Both the position numbers and the translations under genes were made by a program. Below are positions 10,337-17,409 of a DNA stretch of 17,409 nt, one piece after another. Where the stretch lies: assembly GCF_000143415.4 (NCBI RefSeq), contig NW_003314393.1:95571-112979 (forward strand), written 5' to 3'. A model generated the notes under the pieces. The model saw only the letters and a list, made by a program, of their open reading frames with translations, did not search any database and was not told where the DNA came from. The stretch's first letter is position 1. Each line of letters opens with the position of its first letter. The DNA comes from Selaginella moellendorffii. Its lineage: Eukaryota; Plantae; Lycopodiophyta.

Positions 10337-10758
10337 TTCACTATGTCCTTGTAAAGAACACATTAAATCTTTGTTCATAGAAGATTTATCCAATAAATAT
10401 ATCCTACCATTTATAAAATTAAAGTCACTAGAATCTAGGAAGCAATTGCCATCAAAGAAAATAAAAATCGTGACCATTCATTGTGACTATTGATTGTGTT
10501 AGGCACCAAGTCAAAATAATAGGATAAAGAAAGGGCCCTACAATGAAGTGATCACCCCTTTAGTTAATTAGCTTAGGGTGTAAGGGATAGGGGATAGGAT
10601 CCTAACATTGGTATCGGAGCCCAATTTGATTCTCGTGGCTGATGAGTGGGGCAAAAATATTCTGAAGGAATATTCAACATAGTGGATCTAGAGAGAGAAC
10701 CAAAGTTTAGTAGACTCTAAAAGAAGGACTATGATGACTAGAGGGTGGCCTAAGTATG

Positions 10759-10862
10759 TGTTAGGATCCTATCCCTTACACCCTAAGCCAATTGACTAAA
10801 GGGGTGATCACTTGATTGCAGGGCCCTTTCTTTATCCTATTATCCTGACCTGGTGCCTAACA
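10759..10862 (-). repeat. Short (104 bp) TRIM-type LTR at the 3' end of the chimera
   Basis: TG...CA with terminal inverted repeat TGTTAGG/CCTAACA; adjacent PPT GAGGGGGAGGAT on the minus strand (10863-10874). Confidence 0.92.
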
Positions 10863-11048
10863 ATCCTCCCCCTCGTCAGGAAATGATCGTCCGCGATCAT
10901 ACTTAGGCCACCATCCGGTCACCATGGTCCTTCTCTTAGGGTCTACCAAACTTTGGTTCTCCCTCTAGATTCACCATGTTGAATATTCCTTCAAAATATT
11001 CCTGCCCCACTCGTTAGCCACGAGAATCGAATTGGGCTCCGATACCAA
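10863..11048 (-). repeat. Intact TRIM internal region (186 bp) with PBS and PPT
   Basis: Reverse complement of 10608-10758 plus 15797-15830; PBS reverse complement GCTCCGATACCAA at 11036-11048. Confidence 0.9.
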
Positions 11049-11281
11049 TGTTATGATCCGGCGCAAAAAGACAAAGATCTAGTTGCCCTAGACTATGTTA
11101 CGCCACCTCTTGAGGTTCCTCACCACCCAACCACCCCCGAGCTACCTCAAAAGCTCCACTGCACCGCCGCTCCACTGTGAGCCCTAGGGTAGGTTAAGTC
11201 CCTTACCCTAACATGCCTTAATATACCCTTGAGCCTCCCTTTGACCGACGTTGACCACATAGTCAAAGCTGGTGCCTAACA
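11049..11281 (-). repeat. Long (233 bp) LTR, presumably the native Gypsy LTR
   Basis: Minus strand TGTTAGGCACCAG...GGATCATAACA, preceded by PPT GGGGGGGAAGAAT (11282-11294) and followed by a PBS; TATA-like TATATTAA at ~11218-11225. Confidence 0.85.
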
Positions 11282-11355
11282 ATTCTTCCCCCCCAACAAT
11301 GTCCTTGTCCCAAGGACGAGTTGTACCGGTGATCACCCTTTCTGGGGAATCCTGC

Positions 11356-14300
11356 TCAAGCTCCTAGTCCATCTTCCACAGCCGTATACATCAAGGAGGC
11401 ATTGGGCCCGTCACTCTGAGATAGTACACCTTTCAACTGGCTGACATAAAATACCGGATGAATTTTCACCCCAGCTGGTAACCGCACCCGATAAGCCGCT
11501 TTACCAATGTGCTCCAGCACTTCATATGGACCAGCATATCGATGGGAGAGTTTATCACTCTTCCCTGTCCGTAAAAGCACCAAGGTGTTCCGTCGCTAAC
11601 TTGACGGAAAGATCACTCGCACAAAGATGAGATCACCCATCTTATATTCCCGGAATTGGCGATGCTCATTGGCAAACTTCTCCGCTTTGTCCTAAGCTGC
11701 TTGCAAATTCCGTTTGCACACCACCAGAATCTCATCAAGTTTTATGGCCAGATCAGTTGCCTCGGAATCAAGCTTATCTTGAACGTCCTTACTCAAATGC
11801 AATCCCAACTCCACCGCTGTTTGAGGATGCCTTCTAAACATCGCAAAATAAGGACTTAGCTTGGTTCCACTATGTTGGCTATTGTTGTAAGCAAATTGCA
11901 CCAACAGAAGATATAAATCCCACTGTCCTTGCCTTTGACCAATACTACAATGTAACATATCCTCCACCACCTGATTCACACGCTCGGTTTGCCCATCCGT
12001 CTGAGAATAATCTCCACTCAAGAGTTTCAAAGTCACTTGCATAGCCTTTGCAAAGCTTTTCCAAAATCCACTGGTGAACTTTGAATCTCGATCACTAATG
12101 ATGTCCTCCGGCAAACCAAAATCAGGAAAAACCTTCTCCAAGTAAACCGCAGCCAAGTCTGAGGCAGTGACAATCTTCCGAAGAGCCAACAACCGCACAT
12201 AATTCGTCAACCGATCCACTATGACCCATACTTGCTCCTTTTGCTTCTGTGTTTGTGGCAAACAAGTGATGAAGTCCATAGAGATACTACACCAACGGCT
12301 CTGAGGAATAGGTAAAGGTTGCAAAAGTCCCCCCGGCTTCTCCCGTGGCACCTTAACCCACTGACAAAGTTCGCATGATTTACAATACTTGAGGATATCA
12401 GCTTTCATATTCCTTCAATAAAAGTTGCGCTTAATCAACTCATCCGTCTTCTTCCCCCCAAAATGACCGGCCTTTGGACGATTATGATAGTGGAATAAAA
12501 CTTGAGTAATTAACGCATCCACCCGTGGCAAATATACACGGCCATTATAGTAGAGAATCCCATCCACCAATGAGAAAGGGTCTTCCATTTGGTCTCGCAA
12601 AGAGGCCACCTCAGCATCCTGAGCCTGAGCATGCTCAACCAACTGCCCAAACTCGCTGACCACCTTACTCAAATGATGACAAAATCGTGTTCGTAACGTC
12701 GTCACATGACGAACACGAGATAAAGCATCTGCCACCACATTTGATTTTCCCGGACGATGCTCAATAGGAAACTCCCCAAACTCCATGAGTTTGACCATCC
12801 AACGAGTTTGCCTAGTGTTCAACTCCTTCTGTGTGAAAAGATACACAAGTGGTTTGTGATCTGTCAACACCACAAACACTGCACCATAAAGATAGTGCCG
12901 CCACGTCCGTAAAGCATGAACAATAAAGAGTAACTCTTGCTCATATGTGGAATAACGTTGCTCCGCGAAATTCAAAGTTCGACTCTTATATGCAATAGGC
13001 TGTCCCTCTTGCATGAGAACGCCTCCCAGTGCATAACCACTCGCATCGCATGTCACCTCGTAAGGTTTCGATGGATCAGCAATGCGAAGCACTGGAGTCT
13101 CGCTCAACAATCGTTTCAATGCCACAAAACTCTCCTCTTGTGGCTTCTTCCACTCAAATGGCACATTCTTGCGTAACAACTACGTCAAAGGAATAGCCAC
13201 CTCTGCAAACTTATGCTAGAAACGTCGGTAGTAACTAGCCATACCAAGAAAACTGTGCAACTCAGCCACTGTAGTTGGTGTAGGCCAGTTTTCCACCACA
13301 GCCACCTTCCTTGGATCCGTCTTGACACCCTTAGATGTCACAATATGGCCTAGATATTCCACCTCCGACTTTGCAAATTCACATTTGCTCTTCTTCACAT
13401 AAAGTTTGCTGTCACGAAGTAACAAAAGAACCTTGCGCAAATGCACCCTATGCTCCTCCATATTCTTGCTAAAAACAAGAATATCATCCAAGAAAATCTT
13501 CACAAACTCATGAAGATAACGCCTAAATACCTCTGTTATCAACTGAGTAAATGTGGCTGGTGCATTTGTCAAACCAAACGGCATAACTGTAAACTCAAAA
13601 TGTCCGAAGCTTGTGTTGAATGTTGTCTTGGAGATAGATGCATCATCCATTGCAATCTAATGATATCCACTCCTTAGATCAATCTTGGTAAACACTCGTG
13701 CTTCACCAAGCTTGTCCAGGATATCATCCACACATGGCATCGGCATCTTATCCTTCACTGTCTTCTTGTTTAAAGCGCGGTAGTCAATACACATCCGCAT
13801 TGAACTGTCCTTCTTCTTCACAAGCAAGACCGAAGCACCAAATAGAGACTTACTTGGCTGAATAAATCCAAACTCAAGTAACTCCTTGACTTGTCGTTGA
13901 ACTTCTTGCTCCTCCACATAACTTAACCAAAATGGACGCCAGTAAATGGGCCGTGTCCCCGGCTCCAATGTAATCCCATGCTCCACACCTCGTAATGGAG
14001 GCAATCCATGAGGAAGTTCAGATGGAAAAACATCAGAAAACTCATCAAGTACATCCCGTACTGCTGCTTCTCCCCCATAGTGCCTTGGTCCCCCAAGTCA
14101 CGAACAAACAGCAAGTAACTTGAAAGTGCTTTTCCATTACGACAAGCCCGCTTCAAAGATGTAGCAGAGAGCATAACAACTGGTGGTTGAATGCCCTCGC
14201 CAAACCACACATCTTTAACGCCACTATACTCCAGCGAGATACGCTTAATGCTCCACTTTATCTCTGGATCCACCTTCACCAACCATGGCATCCCAAGAAT

Positions 14301-15662
14301 GAGATCCACATGATGGATATCTGCGAGATAAAAAGTCTCCACAAGTGTGGTTTTGCCAACCAACACTTCCAGCCCCTCGACACAAGCATCGAAATGCTGA
14401 GCAGAGGTAGTCGCACCTTCCACTGTGTATGGAAGAACTCCACGTGTGTTCAGGCAATGCTCCGCAACAAACTTTGCCAAAACAAAGTTGTCATCGCTCC
14501 CACTATCCAGTAAAATCCGCACTGGATCGCCACGGAACACGCCCTCCAGCATTAAAGCTGATTCACGCGTATCCTCAAGCTCCATCTTGTTCCACACACA
14601 GTTGAGTTGACGAGCAACGATCGAAAGTCGCTTCCTCCGACCGGAATGGTCATTCTCCTCATCCTCACGTTGCAAAGTTTGCAACTTTTTAGTATCTGAC
14701 TTACCGTGAGAAGATGATTGGCCATTCTTCTTGTCCTGCTGCTTGTTCTTCAACTACGAACAATCAGCCTTGTAGTGTCCAAGTTCGCCGCAATGATGAC
14801 AACCCTGTCTATAATTCTTCACAAATAACTTCTACTTCTTGGACCAGCATCTGAAGTAGTCACCACCGACTTCAACTTGTGATGCTTGTTCCCATCCTTG
14901 TGTCCACGGCGATCATCACGACGATTCTCGACAGAAGGACTCCGCGAACGCTTGCAAGACTTGTGCTTGTCATTGTCAAGTCAACGAGCCATCAAAGAGC
15001 TCCTCCAAACTCTTTGTAGGCTGAGAATGACGCAAGTGTTGCTGCATGCTCTCACTATGTAGGCCATCAATGAAGTAGGACTTGTTCTGATCTGGATCCT
15101 TCGTTGGAACACGACTAATCAAGCGAGTAAGCTTCTCAATATAATCCCCAAGCATCATTTTCCCTTGCTGGAAATGGTGAAGTTCTGTATGAGCATTCTC
15201 CACATCGTAATGAGGGGCAAAATGTAAACGGAAAGCAGCCTCAAACTCATCCATGGTAGACACTGGTGGTTTCTTATCTGCAACACGGGACTCCTCAAGC
15301 CAATTCCACCATTGAAGACTTACATCACGCAAAACCATCGGAATAGCCACTAAAGCCTCTGCATCTGGAGTTCCTCTAGCAGCCAAGAACTTCTTCACAT
15401 TGGCTAGCCAAGCGAGACACTCGTCCACACCACCATCACCGGAAAAAGTTGGAATCTTGAGTCGATCTACCAAAGAAGGCTTACTTGGAGCGCTACCCCA
15501 TCCAGCCTCGAGTGCCTCAACCTGCCCATGCATGGTATCCATCATGCCATGCATCTCGTCTTGTATCTCTTGCTGATTTCAGTTAAGGGCTCGCAGCTCA
15601 TGAACCACATCTTGAATGGTCCAAATCTCCGTAGGATTCCAGCGTTCAGCTTGGTCGGCCAT
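11356..15662 (-). pseudogene. Ty3/Gypsy gag-pol polyprotein with multiple stops and frameshifts
   Basis: Gag ATG at 15662 (premature TGA 15579-15581); capsid KIPTFSG; CCHC knuckle CHHCGELGHYKADC (~14760-14801); protease LLDSGS; RT MPFGLTNAPATF and FLDDILVFS; RNase H CDASG and TDHKPL; integrase HHCC, SMDFIT, ISDRD, GQTERVN; GPY/F RYAGPY. PR-RT-RH-IN order is diagnostic of Gypsy. Confidence 0.95.
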
Positions 15663-15673
15663 CGCAACCAACT

Positions 15674-15686
15674 GCTCCGATACCAA
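15674..15686 (-). other. Primer binding site, initiator Met-tRNA type
   Basis: TTGGTATCGGAGC directly after the LTR; the canonical plant iMet PBS is TGGTATCAGAGC. The same variant occurs at all three PBS in the window. Confidence 0.85.
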
Positions 15687-15791
15687 TGTTAGGATCCTAT
15701 CCCTTACACCCTAAGCCAATTGAGCTAAAGGGGTGATCACTTGATTGCAGGGCCCTTTCTTTATCCTATTATCCTGACCTGGTGCCTAACA
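15687..15791 (-). repeat. Short (105 bp) TRIM-type LTR at the 5' end of the chimera
   Basis: Matches 10759-10862 with one extra G. Confidence 0.92.
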
Positions 15792-15978
15792 ATATGATCG
15801 CAGACAATCATTCCCTAATAAAGGGAGAATTGTTAGGCACCAGATTAAGATAATAAAATAAAGAAAGGGCCTTGCAATCAAGTGATCACCCCTTTAGCCA
15901 ATTGGCTTAAGGTGTAAGAGATAGGATCTTAACAGATTGTGACTATTGATTTTTAGGGTTTTACAGTTAGGGTTTGAA

Positions 15979-16800
15979 CAGGGAAAGGCAAGAGAAAAGT
16001 GTTTCAATCTCACAATGCACTTCAAGACACTCCTCAATCAATATGATAGACACTCTCCAAGACACTCCTTAATCAATTGCTCCCAATGAATTGCCATCTC
16101 CTTGCTTTATTTCTTTCATTAGAGAAATAATGTTTTTTTTCTTGATTTTTGTTTTCTCTTGAACAATAGAAAGGATGGAGATGTCGGTTCTTGTATAAAC
16201 TTACATCTCCTAGCATTCTATTTTGTTTTTTATTCAGTTTTTTACCCATCTTGGTCTTATTATTTCTTTTTATTTTTTTGTTGAAACATTGATTCACGAG
16301 TGAACCAATATCTCCCTATCATTGTTTTTCCTATAGGTGAACTTTCCTTGTTTTTATCTTATATCTGGGGGTGAGATTCTTATATTTTAAAAAATAGGGA
16401 GAGATAGAGACATCAATTCTTGTGTGAACCAACATCTTCAAGGATATTGTGATGTTTTTTTCATGATTTTAAAGACTTGACAGTACATTTCTCATGGAAA
16501 TGGGAGGGTGGAAGATCTCAATTCTCATGCGAACCAACTTCTCTCATATGTTTGTCATTTTTTCTTTTTCTTTGAGGCATCCCCGATCTCAAGAATTTTT
16601 TCTTTTTGAATATTAGAGAGGTAGGGTAAGGTTGGTTCTTATATGAACCTACCTCTCTTGGTGACTTGCATTTTTTTTCATTGTATTTCTTGTAGTTTAC
16701 AATCGATTTTTAACTTCTTTTATTTATAAACGTTTCTTGTGAGAGCAGATATAAATCAAGCTTAATTGGCTAGAACTTCTAAGAGGGGACTTGAATTTAT
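15979..16800. repeat. Decayed copy of the intergenic region with eroded palindromes
   Basis: Collinear with 2619-3370; eroded palindromes at 16183-16204, 16288-16309, 16412-16433, 16517-16538 and 16631-16652. Confidence 0.88.
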
Positions 16801-16801
16801 A

Positions 16802-17409
16802 ATGAGACAAGTTTGCTTTACTTTACAAGCTAGACATTATAGTATTTTAATTTTAATTTTAGAGGAAGCATCAGACCATAACAATGAGATGGATACTGAG
16901 ACAAACAATCAAACTGGTTTTAATGATATTGTTATTAAGGTTGTTGGTACTAGTGCTCTTAATGCTGTGACTGCTAGTGGTAGGGTACTTGTGCCTGATG
17001 GTGGTGGTGGTGGGGGAGTTGTGCCTTTGGCTGCTGAGGTTACTTATGGTGGGGTAAATAAGCCTATTGTAGGATATTGGTAGTGTGGTAGCTATATCTA
17101 CTGTAAAGGCTATTAGAGGTGAAATTGTTTCTCGTATTCATAAATTTTAAAAATTTGTGAAACATTTCATAAATCCCTCTCTATATAGGAACTAGTAAAG
17201 CATTGGAGGAGTTCATTTACAACATCTCCAAAAGAAAAATATCCTTTGCCAAACAAAGCTTTTACTTGGAACTTTTCAACACTTAGCTGCAAAATAATGA
17301 AAAATGTTGCAAGACAAGGATAAAGAAGGTAATGAAGGAGAAGGTATACATTTCTTAAAGTATTCTACTAGTGAGGAGATGTTGCAAGTCTATAATGAGA
17401 AGTTTCTTT
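16802..17409 (+). pseudogene. Decayed, internally deleted copy of the ParB-methyltransferase gene (runs off the right edge)
   Basis: Matches copy-1 3371-3440, then ~3578-3812, then jumps to ~4925-5217. The ParB domain and exons 3-4 are missing and in-frame stops are present. Confidence 0.88.

Larger units (their letters stand above)
10759..15791 (-). mobile_element. Three-LTR Ty3/Gypsy-TRIM chimeric retroelement nested in the older TRIM
   Basis: Short LTRs 15687-15791 and 10759-10862 are identical except for one indel. TSD GTATG (10754-10758) / ATATG (15792-15796). Minus-strand order: short LTR, PBS, gag-pol, PPT, long LTR, PBS, TRIM internal, PPT, short LTR. Confidence 0.9.
10497..15934 (+). 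mobile_element. Older TRIM (miniature non-autonomous LTR retrotransposon, ~400 bp without the nested insert)
   Basis: 5' LTR 10497-10607 (TGTTAGG...CCTAACA), PBS TTGGTATCGGAGC 10608-10620, internal region 10608-10758 plus 15797-15830, PPT AAAGGGAGAAT, 3' LTR 15831-15934. Perfect 5-bp TSD GATTG at 10492-10496 and 15935-15939. The two LTRs differ by many transitions. Confidence 0.92.

Noticed and set aside
10480-10496. Apparent long TSD (ATTGTGACTATTGATT on both sides of the TRIM)
   Set aside because: Explained by a pre-existing short tandem duplication at the target plus the normal 5-bp GATTG TSD.
11656-14610. Plus-strand ORFs within the Gypsy element
   Set aside because: Antisense shadows of pol with no independent support.
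15951-15976. Telomere-like TTTAGGG / telo-box motifs
   Set aside because: Only two separated units, which is too little to call an interstitial telomere or a healing event.

Overview
Eukaryotic, probably land-plant, transposon-dense DNA with uniformly tiny GT-AG introns (47-64 bp). (1) 1-~7390: an apparently intact two-gene, head-to-head Mutator-like DNA transposon unit. The minus-strand gene is a GCM-like zinc-domain + MULE-type DDE transposase (runs off the left edge). The plus-strand gene is an 11-exon, ~1100-aa fusion of a ParB/Srx-like domain (IDGNHR) and a beta-class N4/N6 DNA methyltransferase-like domain. Six 22-bp palindromes (GTCGGTTC-N6-GAACCGAC) lie between the two genes. (2) ~8650-17409: a second, decayed and rearranged copy of the same unit in the same orientation. 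(3) Inside that copy, an old TRIM (10497-15934, TSD GATTG). Nested in the TRIM, in the opposite orientation, is a three-LTR chimera (10759-15791) of a defective Ty3/Gypsy element and the same TRIM family. Exon structures and motifs were derived by hand; domain names come from motif recognition, not database searches.
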